Below, in pieces: positions 7,891 through 17,248 of a DNA stretch of 35,237 nucleotides. Under the pieces are notes generated by a model. It was not told the origin of the DNA, made no database searches, and saw only the letters and a program-made list of their open reading frames with translations. Within the stretch, counting starts at the first letter, position 1. Each line of letters starts with the position of its first letter. Source of the stretch: an uncultured Solirubrobacterales bacterium (lineage in GTDB: Bacteria > Actinomycetota > Thermoleophilia > Solirubrobacterales > Solirubrobacteraceae); NCBI GenBank assembly GCA_903953065.1, contig CAJBIG010000075.1, forward strand, positions 1 through 35,237, in the 5' to 3' direction. The position numbers and the translations under genes are program-made.

Positions 7891-8849
7891 CCGCATGCCG
7901 CGGCGATGTCTTGGCCGCGCGTCAGCCTCACCGTCGCCCCGATTCCGTTCGCTTCAAGAGTGCTTTGAAACGCGTCGATAGCCGCTCTTGAAGAACCGTC
8001 ATACGGCGAGCCGGTCGGGTTGTAGGGAATCAGGTTGATCTTGTAGCGCTTGGGGTCGAGCAGCGCCGCCAGCTCGACCGCCTGTTCATATCGGTCGTTG
8101 ACTCCCGCGAGCATCACGTATTCGATGAAGGTCATACGCCGGCGGGCCTCGTAATGGCGGTCGCAGGCGGCCAAGACTTCGGCGATCGGGTAGCGATCGT
8201 TGACGGCCATGATCTCGCTGCGCAGTGCGTCGTTGGGAGCATGCAACGAGAGCGCAAGGCGGATCGGGCGAGACTGCGCCGCAAGTGCGTCGATTCCCGG
8301 CGCCCAGCCAACGGTTGAGATCGCAGTGCGGCGACTGGTTATGCCCAGATCGGGTAGCAGCTCGCAAGCCGCAAGCACGTTGTCCAGATTCATCATCGGC
8401 TCGCCCATGCCCATGAAGACGCAGTGGTTGACATCACCAAGGCGGCGGAAGTGAAGCGCCTGATCGACGATCTCGGCGGTCGTCAGGTTACGCCCGAACT
8501 TCATCGTGCCGGTAGCGCAGAAGGTGCAGCTGAGTGGGCAGCCGGACTGCGACGAGAGGCAGAGCGATCGGCGCCCGTCGCGGTAGCTCATAAGTACCGC
8601 TTCGACCGGGCGACCATCATGGGTGCTGAAGAGCACCTTGATCGTGCCGTCCTTCGAAACGGCCTCGTTCTCGACCTTCAGCGTTGAAAATGGAATCGCA
8701 TCGCTCAGCGTTGCGCGCAGTGGCGCGGGCAGGTCGCTCATCGCCTCCCAGTCAGCGGCGCCACGTGCCTGCCAAGCCCATGCTTGGTCGAACCGGTAGC
8801 TCGGCTCACCGGCCTGATCCAAAGTCGTGCGTAGAAGTTCGAGATCCAT
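7860..8849 (-). CDS. rlmN: 23S rRNA/tRNA (adenine-C2)-methyltransferase RlmN (radical SAM)
   Basis: 329 aa. Radical-SAM CxxxCxxC in CLSSQSGCPLSCTFCATG, GMGEPM, and C-terminal AACGQLA containing the catalytic Cys. Confidence 0.9.
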   Translation of the reverse strand: MDLELLRTTLDQAGEPSYRFDQAWAWQARGAADWEAMSDLPAPLRATLSDAIPFSTLKVENEAVSKDGTIKVLFSTHDGRPVEAVLMSYRDGRRSLCLSSQSGCPLSCTFCATGTMKFGRNLTTAEIVDQALHFRRLGDVNHCVFMGMGEPMMNLDNVLAACELLPDLGITSRRTAISTVGWAPGIDALAAQSRPIRLALSLHAPNDALRSEIMAVNDRYPIAEVLAACDRHYEARRRMTFIEYVMLAGVNDRYEQAVELAALLDPKRYKINLIPYNPTGSPYDGSSRAAIDAFQSTLEANGIGATVRLTRGQDIAAACGQLAANALAG

Positions 8850-8875
8850 CGCCCCCTATCGTGGCAGCCAAGACG

Positions 8876-9595
8876 ATGAGACTCGGCAAGTATTTAGCCC
8901 ATGCAGGAATCGCCTCGCGCCGCGGCAGCGAAGCGCTGGTCGCCAGCGGGCGCATCAGTGTCGACGGCGAGATCGTTTTCGACCCCGCTTTGGACGTCGA
9001 TTCGCGCAACAAGATCCTCTTTGATGGGGAGCGCGTTGGTAGTGGGCCGGAGGTGCGGGTCGTCTATGCGTTGAACAAGCCGCCCGGCGTCGTCTCGACT
9101 GCTGCAGACACTCACGGCCGGCCAACGGTCGTCGAGATGGTTCGCAGCGGCGCCGCCAGCTCTCGCCGGCTATACCCGGTCGGTCGCCTCGATGTCGACT
9201 CGACCGGGCTGATTCTGCTGACCGACGACGGTGACCTTGCCCACCGCCTCACGCACCCGAGCTTCGAGGTGCCCAAGCGCTACATCGCGCGTGTATCCGG
9301 GGGCGCCCTCAGCGAACGGGCGCTCCAAGCGCTGCGCGATGGGATTGTGCTCGAGGACGGCAAGACGGCGCCCGCCAAGGCGCGGCAGATCGCAGCCGGC
9401 CACATCGAGCTGACAATTCATGAAGGCCGCAAGCGCCAAGTGAGACGGATGTGCGAGGCAGTCGGCCACCCGGTTCGCGAACTCAAACGGATCGCATTCG
9501 GCACGCTCGAGCTCGGCCCGTTGCCGGAAGGAAGCTCAAGACGACTCAATTTGGCTGAGATTGAATCGCTGCTCGAGCCCATAGATCAGAGCTGA
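8876..9595 (+). CDS. RluB/RsuA-family rRNA pseudouridine synthase with N-terminal S4 domain
   Basis: The S4 domain MRLGKYLAHAGIASRRGSEALVASGRISVDGE starts at ATG 8876. Catalytic motif YPVGRLDVDSTGLILLTDDG. The longer track ORF (from 8684) would overlap rlmN and is not conserved-looking. Confidence 0.87.
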   Translation: MRLGKYLAHAGIASRRGSEALVASGRISVDGEIVFDPALDVDSRNKILFDGERVGSGPEVRVVYALNKPPGVVSTAADTHGRPTVVEMVRSGAASSRRLYPVGRLDVDSTGLILLTDDGDLAHRLTHPSFEVPKRYIARVSGGALSERALQALRDGIVLEDGKTAPAKARQIAAGHIELTIHEGRKRQVRRMCEAVGHPVRELKRIAFGTLELGPLPEGSSRRLNLAEIESLLEPIDQS

Positions 9596-9614
9596 GTGGC
9601 ATGATTGTCAGGTC

Positions 9615-9980
9615 ATGAACACTTACGGACTGCGCGGCGCAACGACAGCGGAAAGCAACGATCGCGAAGCGATTCTCGTCGCCACGCGCGAGCTGCTCGA
9701 AGCGTTGATCGAACGCAATGGTCTTTCACACGCCGACATCATCAGCTGCATCCTCTCGATGACCGACGACCTCAACGCCGAGTTCCCGGCGGTTGCAGCC
9801 CGCGAAATGGGTCTCGATCAGGTGCCGCTCCTCTGCGTTCGTGAGATTGACGTCCCCGGCTCAATGGAGCGGGTGATTCGCGCGCTCGTCCACTACCGCG
9901 CGGCGGAGGGACATCAGGCCCAACACGTATACCTGCGCGACGCCCAGAGCCTTCGCACCGACATCTCCGGCGCCCAGTAG
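9615..9980 (+). CDS. aroH: Chorismate mutase, AroH class (monofunctional)
   Basis: 121 aa. N-terminal GLRGATT motif. Overall resemblance to the Bacillus AroH pattern (..RGATT....e.i...t.eLl..i...N......i.s...s.T.Dl.a.FPA.a.R...). Confidence 0.85.
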   Translation: MNTYGLRGATTAESNDREAILVATRELLEALIERNGLSHADIISCILSMTDDLNAEFPAVAAREMGLDQVPLLCVREIDVPGSMERVIRALVHYRAAEGHQAQHVYLRDAQSLRTDISGAQ

Positions 9981-10036
9981 CGCAATCGAGCGTCCATCGC
10001 GGTGCCTGAGCAGGCGCGGCCGCTAAAGTTGTCGCG

Positions 10037-11089
10037 ATGCTAGTCGTGATGAGCCCTGGGGCCACAGAAGAAGAAGTTCAAGCCGTAATTGACCGCATTG
10101 AGTCGGTGGGCGGAACCGCGCACCCGAGTCGCGGCGCCGAGCTGACGCTGATCGGAGCGATCGGCGACGCCGACACCGAGCTGCGCGTCAGCGAGCTTGA
10201 GCTCGGTGCGCTGGCCGGGGTCAGCAAGATTGTCCCGATTCTCAAGCCCTACAAGCTCGCTGCACTGGAGTCGCGCCACGGCAACCACTCCGTATTCGAC
10301 ATCGGTGGAGCGAAGATCGGTGGCGACAACTTTGCTCTGATTGCCGGGCCCTGCACCGTCGAATCACGCGACCAACTGCTCGACACCGCGGCGCTCGTCA
10401 AGTCCTGCGGAGCCTCGATGCTCCGCGGCGGGGCCTACAAGCCACGCACTTCGCCTTACTCGTTCCAAGGACTAGGCGTTGAGGGCCTGAAGCTGCTTGC
10501 GGAAGCGCGCGAGCAGAGCGGCCTGCCGATCGTCACCGAGCTGATGGACGCACGCGACATCGAGCCGGTCCTTGAAGTGGCCGATCTGATCCAGGTTGGC
10601 GCCCGCAACATGCAGAACTACGGGCTGCTGACGGAGCTTGGCCGTGCCGGCCGGCCGGTGCTGCTCAAGCGCGGCCTATCCGCGACGCTCGAAGAGTTCG
10701 TGATGGCAGCCGAGTACATCCTCAAGGAAGGCAACGAGCAGGTGATTCTGTGCGAGCGCGGGATCCGCACGTTCGAGACCGCCTACCGCTTCACGCTTGA
10801 CCTGATGGCCGTGCCGGTCCTCAAGGAGATGACGCACCTTCCGATCGTGATCGACCCGAGCCATGCGGCAGGCCGCCGCGTGTTGGTGCAGCCGCTCTCG
10901 CTGGCCGCCGCTGCCGTCGGCGCCGACGGGATCATCGTCGAGGTTCACCCGGAGCCTGAAGCGGCAATCTGCGACGGACCGCAAGCGCTGCGCAGCGAAG
11001 AGTTTGAGCAGTACGCGCAGGCGGTTGATCAGGCGGCTCAGCTGGCCGGCAAAGCATCCTTCCTTCACACGCAGGCGCGCTCGGCTTGA
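10037..11089 (+). CDS. aroF: 3-deoxy-7-phosphoheptulonate (DAHP) synthase, type I-beta, with an N-terminal ferredoxin-like/ACT-type regulatory domain
   Basis: 350 aa. A ~75-aa N-terminal domain ([26 protein letters not shown]...) is followed by a catalytic barrel with [23 protein letters not shown] and IVIDPSHA. Confidence 0.88.
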   Translation: MLVVMSPGATEEEVQAVIDRIESVGGTAHPSRGAELTLIGAIGDADTELRVSELELGALAGVSKIVPILKPYKLAALESRHGNHSVFDIGGAKIGGDNFALIAGPCTVESRDQLLDTAALVKSCGASMLRGGAYKPRTSPYSFQGLGVEGLKLLAEAREQSGLPIVTELMDARDIEPVLEVADLIQVGARNMQNYGLLTELGRAGRPVLLKRGLSATLEEFVMAAEYILKEGNEQVILCERGIRTFETAYRFTLDLMAVPVLKEMTHLPIVIDPSHAAGRRVLVQPLSLAAAAVGADGIIVEVHPEPEAAICDGPQALRSEEFEQYAQAVDQAAQLAGKASFLHTQARSA

Positions 11090-12135
11090 AGCTAACGGTC
11101 GTCGGTGTCGGCCTGATCGGCGGGTCTTTTGCCCTTGCCGCTCGTCGCCGCGTCGGGGCCCACGTTCGAGGAGTGGGGCCCGAGGCCGACCAAGCACTCG
11201 AACTTGAACTGATCGACGAGGCTTGCCTAGGCCTTGAAACGTCGTTGATCGACGCCGACGTCGTCGTTGTCGCCGTTCCGGCTGACCGTTTGGTCGAAGT
11301 TACCGAACAGGTGCTGGCAGCTGCGCCCCTGGATTGCGCGATCACCGATGTCGGTTCGATCAAGCGGCCTGTCGTCGACGCGGCCGCGCGCGACGAGCGC
11401 TTCGTCGGTGGCCACCCTCTCGCCGGTAGCGCCAACTCCGGTGTCGTAAACGCTCGCGAGGACCTCTTCGACGAGGCGACCTGGTACCTCACTCCAACCG
11501 AGATCACCAGCGGCGTGATGTTGGAGCGCGTCCATAACCTGCTCAGTGCGATCGGCGCCAAACCGACGATCGTCGGTGTCGATGACCATGACCGGATGAT
11601 GGCTGCCGTTTCGCAGCTGCCGCACGTGCTCGCGAACGTGCTTGTTCTTCAAGCTGACGCCGCACTTGAGGAGCGCAAGATCCCTGTAACCGGTCCGAGC
11701 TTCCGTGACGTAACGCGCGTTGCCGGCTCGAACCCCGAGATGTGGACGGCGATCTACCTTGCCAATGCGGCCGCCTTGGTCGAGGAGCTCGATGGCGCAA
11801 TTGAAAGGCTTACGTCGGCGCGCGCGGCGATCAGTCGCGGTGACGGTGCCTGGCTGACCGAGTGGCAGGCGCTCGCGGCCGAACGGCGTGAGGCCCTGAC
11901 CGAGGCCGGACTCTCTGGAGGCGTGCTCACCGAGCTGCGCGTGCCGGTGCCAAATCGCCCCGGCGTGCTGGCACAGATTGCGCTTGGCCTCTGTGAAGCC
12001 GACATCAACATCGTCGACATGGCGCTGAGCCCATCGCTTGACGGACAGCAGGGTGTTGTCGCGCTGTGGGTCTCCGAAGGTTCCGCCAGTGAGGCCAGCG
12101 AGTGCCTCGACAAGCTCGGGCTGCCTGTCCTGTGA
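11086..12135 (+). CDS. tyrA: Prephenate dehydrogenase with C-terminal ACT domain
   Basis: 349 aa. Rossmann VVGVGLIGGSFALA, GGHPLAGS motif, and an ACT-like C-terminus (LRVPVPNRPGVLAQIALGLCEADINIVDM). TTG start overlaps the DAHP synthase stop (TTGA). Confidence 0.86.
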   Translation: MKLTVVGVGLIGGSFALAARRRVGAHVRGVGPEADQALELELIDEACLGLETSLIDADVVVVAVPADRLVEVTEQVLAAAPLDCAITDVGSIKRPVVDAAARDERFVGGHPLAGSANSGVVNAREDLFDEATWYLTPTEITSGVMLERVHNLLSAIGAKPTIVGVDDHDRMMAAVSQLPHVLANVLVLQADAALEERKIPVTGPSFRDVTRVAGSNPEMWTAIYLANAAALVEELDGAIERLTSARAAISRGDGAWLTEWQALAAERREALTEAGLSGGVLTELRVPVPNRPGVLAQIALGLCEADINIVDMALSPSLDGQQGVVALWVSEGSASEASECLDKLGLPVL

Positions 12136-13433
12136 AGGTGCTGATCGAACCGGCCGATCGGATCAAGGGGAGGCTTGCCGCGCCGGCCGACAAGTCAATC
12201 TCTCACCGCGCCGCAATCTTCGCCGCGATGGCAGACGAGCCGGTGCTGATTACCAACTACTTGGAGGCCGCCGACACGCTCTCGACGCTCGACGCGATCG
12301 AGCAGCTCGGAGCGCTAGTCGAGCGCCGCAGCGAAGGGCTGATGATCCGCGGAGTTGGCCTGCGCAACGCGCAGACACCGGCGAAGCCAATCGATGTCGG
12401 CAACGCAGGAACGCTGATCCGGCTCTTGCCCGGTTGGCTTGCCGGTCAGGAAGGCTCGGTCTTTGAGCTCGATGGCGACGAATCGATTCGGCGCCGACCG
12501 ATAGATCGAATCGCCGAGCCGCTTCGCTTGATGGGCGCCGCGATCGAAGCGACCGATAAGCGCTATCCGCCATTCACTGTCGAAGGCGCAAAGCTTCACG
12601 GGATCGATTACACGCTGCCGGTCGCAAGCGCCCAGGTGAAGTCCTGCATCGCGCTGGCCGCGCTGATGGCGGAAGGGCCAACGACGATCACCGAAGCCGT
12701 TGCCAGCCGTGACCACACGGAACGGCTGATGGTCAACGCCGGCGTGAAGATTTCGCGTACCGGCAACGAGCTGACGATCTATCCGACAGATGAGTTGACG
12801 TTGCCGGAGCGGATTGAGATTCCCAGCGACCCTTCCTCTGCGGCCTTTGCAATCGCGGCGGCCGTGCTAGTGCCAGGTTCCCGGCTCCTAGTCGAGGATT
12901 GCTCGGTCAATTGGACGCGCAGCGGCTTCATCGAGATCGCAAAACGGATGGGCGCGGTGATAATCACTGATCTCGAAGAGCGGTCCAAAGACGGGGCGAT
13001 TGCGCAGCAGGAGCCACTCAGCGACATCGACGTGACTGCCGGGCCGTTGAAACCGACCACGGTCTCCGCGGATGAGGTGCCGCTTGCCGTAGACGAGCTG
13101 CCACTGATTGCGCTGATGGCCTGCTTCGCCGAAGGCCGGACGCGGATCGAAGGGGCCGGCGAGTTGCGCCTTAAGGAATCAGACCGAATCAGTGCCGTCG
13201 TCACGGCGCTGAGCAATCTCGGCGCCGACGCTGAAGCGACTGAGGACGGGCTGATCGTCAATGGGCATGGTTCGCTGCGCGGCGGGCAAGTCGACGCCGC
13301 GGGCGATCACCGGATCGCCATGCTCGGTGTTGTCGCCGGGCTTGCGTCGCAGGAAGGCGTCGAGGTAGTCGGCGTCGAGGCCGCCGCGGTCTCGTATCCA
13401 AACTTCCTTGAAGACATCGCTGCGCTGCGCTGA
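12132..13433 (+). CDS. aroA: 3-phosphoshikimate 1-carboxyvinyltransferase (EPSP synthase)
   Basis: PADKSISHRA, GNAGTLIRLLPG and RLKESDRI motifs. GTG 12132 overlaps the tyrA stop (GTGA). The track ORF start at 12102 is a possible alternative. Confidence 0.92.
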   Translation: MKVLIEPADRIKGRLAAPADKSISHRAAIFAAMADEPVLITNYLEAADTLSTLDAIEQLGALVERRSEGLMIRGVGLRNAQTPAKPIDVGNAGTLIRLLPGWLAGQEGSVFELDGDESIRRRPIDRIAEPLRLMGAAIEATDKRYPPFTVEGAKLHGIDYTLPVASAQVKSCIALAALMAEGPTTITEAVASRDHTERLMVNAGVKISRTGNELTIYPTDELTLPERIEIPSDPSSAAFAIAAAVLVPGSRLLVEDCSVNWTRSGFIEIAKRMGAVIITDLEERSKDGAIAQQEPLSDIDVTAGPLKPTTVSADEVPLAVDELPLIALMACFAEGRTRIEGAGELRLKESDRISAVVTALSNLGADAEATEDGLIVNGHGSLRGGQVDAAGDHRIAMLGVVAGLASQEGVEVVGVEAAAVSYPNFLEDIAALR

Positions 13434-13462
13434 GATTCCTCAGGCCGCTAGGTTCACTGGCG

Positions 13463-14080
13463 ATGATTGTGGCGATAGATGGGCCCGCAGGGGCCGGAAA
13501 ATCAACGGTGGCGCGCGCAGTTGCGGCGGCGCTCGGCTTCACCTACCTCGATACTGGGGCCATGTATCGCTGCGCCGCGTTGGCACGCCTGCGCGACGGC
13601 GGCTCCGACATCGAAACGCTCGAGATCGAACTGGCTGAGACGGTGACGCTGAATGGCGAGGATGTGAGCGAGGAGATCCGCTCCGCTGCCGTTACGGAAA
13701 TGGCGTCGGAGGTTGCCGCCGAGCCGAAGGTACGTGCGGCGATGGCGCGCCGTCAGCAGACGATGCTGGCCAGCGGCGACTGGGTGGCCGAGGGCCGCGA
13801 CATCGGCACCGTGATCGCTCCACTGGCCGAGCTGAAGATCTTCCTCACCGCAGACGCAAACGAACGCGCGCGCCGCCGCGCCGAACAGACCGGTCGGGCT
13901 CTCGATGAGGTACTCGCAGAGCAGCAACAGCGCGACCGCCGCGACGGTGAGCGCGAACTCTCGCCTCTCGTCGTCGCCGATGACGCGATCGAGCTGGACA
14001 CGACCGCGCTGAGCGCCGACGAAGTGATCGCCTCAATTGTTGACTTGGCCATGCAGCGCTCGGAAAGTCATAGCCGGTGA
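13463..14080 (+). CDS. cmk: Cytidylate kinase
   Basis: 205 aa. [20 protein letters not shown]-loop and YLDTGAMYR motif. Confidence 0.92.
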   Translation: MIVAIDGPAGAGKSTVARAVAAALGFTYLDTGAMYRCAALARLRDGGSDIETLEIELAETVTLNGEDVSEEIRSAAVTEMASEVAAEPKVRAAMARRQQTMLASGDWVAEGRDIGTVIAPLAELKIFLTADANERARRRAEQTGRALDEVLAEQQQRDRRDGERELSPLVVADDAIELDTTALSADEVIASIVDLAMQRSESHSR

Positions 14081-15408
14081 GCCGCCCGCGCGTGGCGATC
14101 GTCGGTTACCCGAACGTCGGCAAGAGCTCACTGGTCAACCGTCTTAGCGGCTCTCGCGAAGCTGTCGTTGAGGAGCGCGCCGGCGTGACGCGCGACCGCA
14201 AGGAGCTCGATTGTGAATGGAACGGGCGCCAATTCACGCTTGTCGACACCGGCGGAATGGACCTGCTCGATCCCGATCCGATCGCCGGCTCGATCCGGGA
14301 TCAGGCAACCGCCGCGCTATCCGAAGCTCAGCTCGCGGTACTCGTCGTTGACGTCAAAGGCGGCCTGCGCCCTGGCGACGAGGAGATGGCCGATTTGCTG
14401 CGCCGCAGCGGCCTTCCGGTTCTCGTTGCTGCCAACAAATCCGATGTTCTCTCCGACATTCCCTTGGCCGGGGAGTTCAACCGGCTCGGGCTCGGTGAGC
14501 CAATTTCGGTCTCTGCGGCGCAGGGGCTAGGAAGCGGCGACCTCCTCGACCGCATCGTCTCGATGTTGCCTGATGCCGATGCGGACGAGGGAGAAGAGCT
14601 CGATCCCCCAATCCGTCTGGCAATCATTGGCCGGCCGAACGTTGGCAAGTCAACACTGATGAACAAGATTGTCGGCTCCGAGAGGACAATCGTCAGTGAT
14701 GTGGCGGGCACAACGCGCGACGCGATCGACATGCCGATAGAGGTCGGTGGGCGCAAGGTGACTTTGATTGACACGGCTGGGATGCGTCGTCAGTCGAAGC
14801 TCTCTGACAGCCTTGAGTACTACACGGTGCTGCGCTCGCAGCGGGCCGTTGAGCGCGCCGACGTGGCTCTGGTCATCTGCGACGCCGCCGACGGCGTTAC
14901 GTCACAAGACATGCGGATTGCAGAGCTGGCTATGCAGGAGGGCTGCGCCACACTGATGGCGCTCAACAAGTGGGATCTCACCCCGCTCGATGAAGACGAG
15001 CTCGACCACGAGCGCGCGAAGGTTGCCAAGAAGCTTCGACTCCGCCCGAAACTGATGACAATCAGCGCCAAGGACGGCCGTCATGTCAGCCGCGTGCTCG
15101 ACGAGGCCGTCGCTCTAGGGGACCGTCGCGCAGAGCGAATCCCAACGCCCCAGCTAAACCGTTTTCTTGCCGAGGTGGTCGCTGAGCGCCAACCGCCGGC
15201 TCGACAGGGGAAGCGTTTGAAGCTGCTTTATCTGGCACAGATCGAGGACTCTCCGCCACGCTTCTCGCTGCAGGTGAACAGGCGAAACCGCGTTACGCGC
15301 GACTACATCTTCTTCATTGAAAACAGAATGCGCGCCCGCTACGGACTCGACGGCGTGCCGCTGATCATCGATATCCACGAGCGCAAGCAGCGTCGCTCCG
15401 AGCGCTAG
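14077..15408 (+). CDS. der: Ribosome-biogenesis GTPase Der/EngA (tandem GTPase domains plus KH-like C-terminus)
   Basis: 443 aa. Two G-domains: [18 protein letters not shown] and [22 protein letters not shown] overlap with the cmk stop. Confidence 0.93.
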   Translation: MSRPRVAIVGYPNVGKSSLVNRLSGSREAVVEERAGVTRDRKELDCEWNGRQFTLVDTGGMDLLDPDPIAGSIRDQATAALSEAQLAVLVVDVKGGLRPGDEEMADLLRRSGLPVLVAANKSDVLSDIPLAGEFNRLGLGEPISVSAAQGLGSGDLLDRIVSMLPDADADEGEELDPPIRLAIIGRPNVGKSTLMNKIVGSERTIVSDVAGTTRDAIDMPIEVGGRKVTLIDTAGMRRQSKLSDSLEYYTVLRSQRAVERADVALVICDAADGVTSQDMRIAELAMQEGCATLMALNKWDLTPLDEDELDHERAKVAKKLRLRPKLMTISAKDGRHVSRVLDEAVALGDRRAERIPTPQLNRFLAEVVAERQPPARQGKRLKLLYLAQIEDSPPRFSLQVNRRNRVTRDYIFFIENRMRARYGLDGVPLIIDIHERKQRRSER

Positions 15409-15471
15409 CCGCTGCGGGTACTGCAGGACGTCGTTCCTCGCCGCTATTGCTCATCGCTAGGCTGCCTTTCT

Positions 15472-16683
15472 ATGAGCCACGACAACAGCTTTCTCTTTAC
15501 CTCCGAATCGGTCACAGAAGGTCACCCGGACAAGGTTGCCGACCAGATCTCCGATGCGATTCTCGACGCGATTCTCGCTAAGGATTCCTTCGCCAAGGTC
15601 GCTTGCGAGACGCTCGTCAACAACAATCTCGTTGTAGTCGCGGGCGAGACCTCGTTCGACGTTTCGAAGATCGATGTCGAGAAGATTGTTCGCGACAAGA
15701 TCCGTGAGATCGGTTACGTCGGTTTCGATGAAGGTTTCGACGCCGACTTGGTCGAGGTGCTGAACCGCCTCGAGGAACAGTCCGCCGATATCGCGCAAGG
15801 CGTCGACGAAGCCAAAGAGGCCCGTGAAGGCGTTGAAGACCCGCTCGACAAGGCAGGGGCAGGAGACCAGGGGATGATGTTCGGCTACGCGACCAGCGAG
15901 ACCGAGTCGCTGATGCCACTGCCGGTTCACCTCGCCCACCGTCTCGCTGAGAAACTGACCGAGGTTCGCAAGGACGGAACGCTCGATTACCTCCGTCCCG
16001 ACGGCAAGACACAGGTGAGCGTCCGCTACGTGGACGATCGACCGGTCGCGGTGGAGAAGGTTTTGATCTCAACCCAGCACGACGAAGATGTGGAGCAGGA
16101 CCAGATCGCCGACGACCTCTGGGAGAAGGTCGTGCTCCCCGTCGTTGACGCGGAAGGGCTCGACTACGACGCTGAGCAGCTCCGCGCCGAGCTGCTGATC
16201 AACCCAACCGGCCGCTTCGTAATCGGTGGCCCCGTCGGCGACTGCGGCCTCACAGGCCGCAAGATCATCGTCGACACCTACGGCGGCATGGCCCGTCACG
16301 GCGGAGGGGCCTTCTCCGGCAAGGACCCATCTAAGGTCGACCGTTCCGCTGCCTACGCCGCTCGTTACGTGGCAAAGAACATCGTTGCTGCCGGCCTTGC
16401 TGAGCGCGCTGAGGTTCAGGTTGCCTACGCGATCGGCGTAGCCAAGCCGGTCTCGATCATGGTCGACACCTTCGGCACCGAGACGGTGCCGCGCGCAAGG
16501 ATCGAAGAGCTCGTCGCCGAAAACTTCGACCTTCGCCCGGCAGCGTTCCGCGAATACCTCAGTCTGCACAGCCCGATCTACTCGGCGACTGCAGCGTATG
16601 GCCACTTCGGCCGCAACGAGAAGCAGTTCACGTGGGAGCGGACAGACCGCGCCGACGCGCTGCGCGCCGCTGCCTCCGAGTAA
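15472..16683 (+). CDS. metK: S-adenosylmethionine synthase
   Basis: 403 aa. [29 protein letters not shown] and [19 protein letters not shown] signatures. Confidence 0.97.
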   Translation: MSHDNSFLFTSESVTEGHPDKVADQISDAILDAILAKDSFAKVACETLVNNNLVVVAGETSFDVSKIDVEKIVRDKIREIGYVGFDEGFDADLVEVLNRLEEQSADIAQGVDEAKEAREGVEDPLDKAGAGDQGMMFGYATSETESLMPLPVHLAHRLAEKLTEVRKDGTLDYLRPDGKTQVSVRYVDDRPVAVEKVLISTQHDEDVEQDQIADDLWEKVVLPVVDAEGLDYDAEQLRAELLINPTGRFVIGGPVGDCGLTGRKIIVDTYGGMARHGGGAFSGKDPSKVDRSAAYAARYVAKNIVAAGLAERAEVQVAYAIGVAKPVSIMVDTFGTETVPRARIEELVAENFDLRPAAFREYLSLHSPIYSATAAYGHFGRNEKQFTWERTDRADALRAAASE

Positions 16684-17175
16684 CTAGAGCCCGTCGTTGG
16701 CGCTTGGGGGCTGTCGCTGCTCGGCGTGAAGGCGCTGTGCTTGATCAATCGCGGCAGCAACCGCGGGAGGATCGTCAACCCCCTCGAAGCGAAGATTTCC
16801 GCCATCGCCCCCGGCTGTGTCAAAGTCGACGGTGCCAACCTTAAAGAGGCGGTCGAATGCGGACTGGCTGGTCGAAACGTTCTGCACGCGGTCGATTCGC
16901 GCCTGTTCAACCCGCTTAGAGAGACCGCCGCGCTGGATTGAGAGACGGTCGCTGGTGATTGTGTAAACCGTAAAGATCCGCTTCAGCAGCCCGACGCCGA
17001 TTGTCACGGCGGCGATCACGGCAAAGACGAGCACGGCGCCGAGTGGCGAGAAGATCAGCCACCAAAGGGCGCCAACAACGAGCCCGATCGCAAGCCCACT
17101 TAGGTAGAACGCCTTGATCGAGCGCCAGCTTGGGTGGCCGCTGTAGATGATCTCTTCGCTTGGGTGCATGTCCAT
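16684..17175 (-). CDS. Bacterial PH-domain (bPH_2 / YdbS-YdbT-like) membrane protein
   Basis: Two TM helices are followed by YTITSDRLSIQRGGLSKRVEQARIDRVQNVSTSQSAFDRLFKVGTVDFDTAG, the typical bPH_2 pattern. The start is chosen at the internal Met (MDMHPSEE...). The track start 17226 and Met 17169 are alternatives. Confidence 0.7.
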   Translation of the reverse strand: MDMHPSEEIIYSGHPSWRSIKAFYLSGLAIGLVVGALWWLIFSPLGAVLVFAVIAAVTIGVGLLKRIFTVYTITSDRLSIQRGGLSKRVEQARIDRVQNVSTSQSAFDRLFKVGTVDFDTAGGDGGNLRFEGVDDPPAVAAAIDQAQRLHAEQRQPPSANDGL

Positions 17176-17248
17176 CGTCAGAAAGTTAGCGACTGCGACG
17201 AAGCTCGGCCAGCGCGACCCATCCAACGCGCGCTCTATCGTCGCCGCT

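Noticed and set aside
8684-8875. N-terminal extension of the pseudouridine synthase track ORF overlapping rlmN.
   Set aside because: The extension is Arg/Ser/Pro-rich and is antisense to the conserved RlmN N-terminus. The S4 domain begins exactly at Met 8876.
15409-15471. Possible SAM riboswitch upstream of metK. I also considered a T-box upstream of trpS (4197-4242).
   Set aside because: The spacers are only 63 bp and 46 bp. That is too short for SAM-I/SAM-IV or T-box leaders, and no conserved cores were seen.
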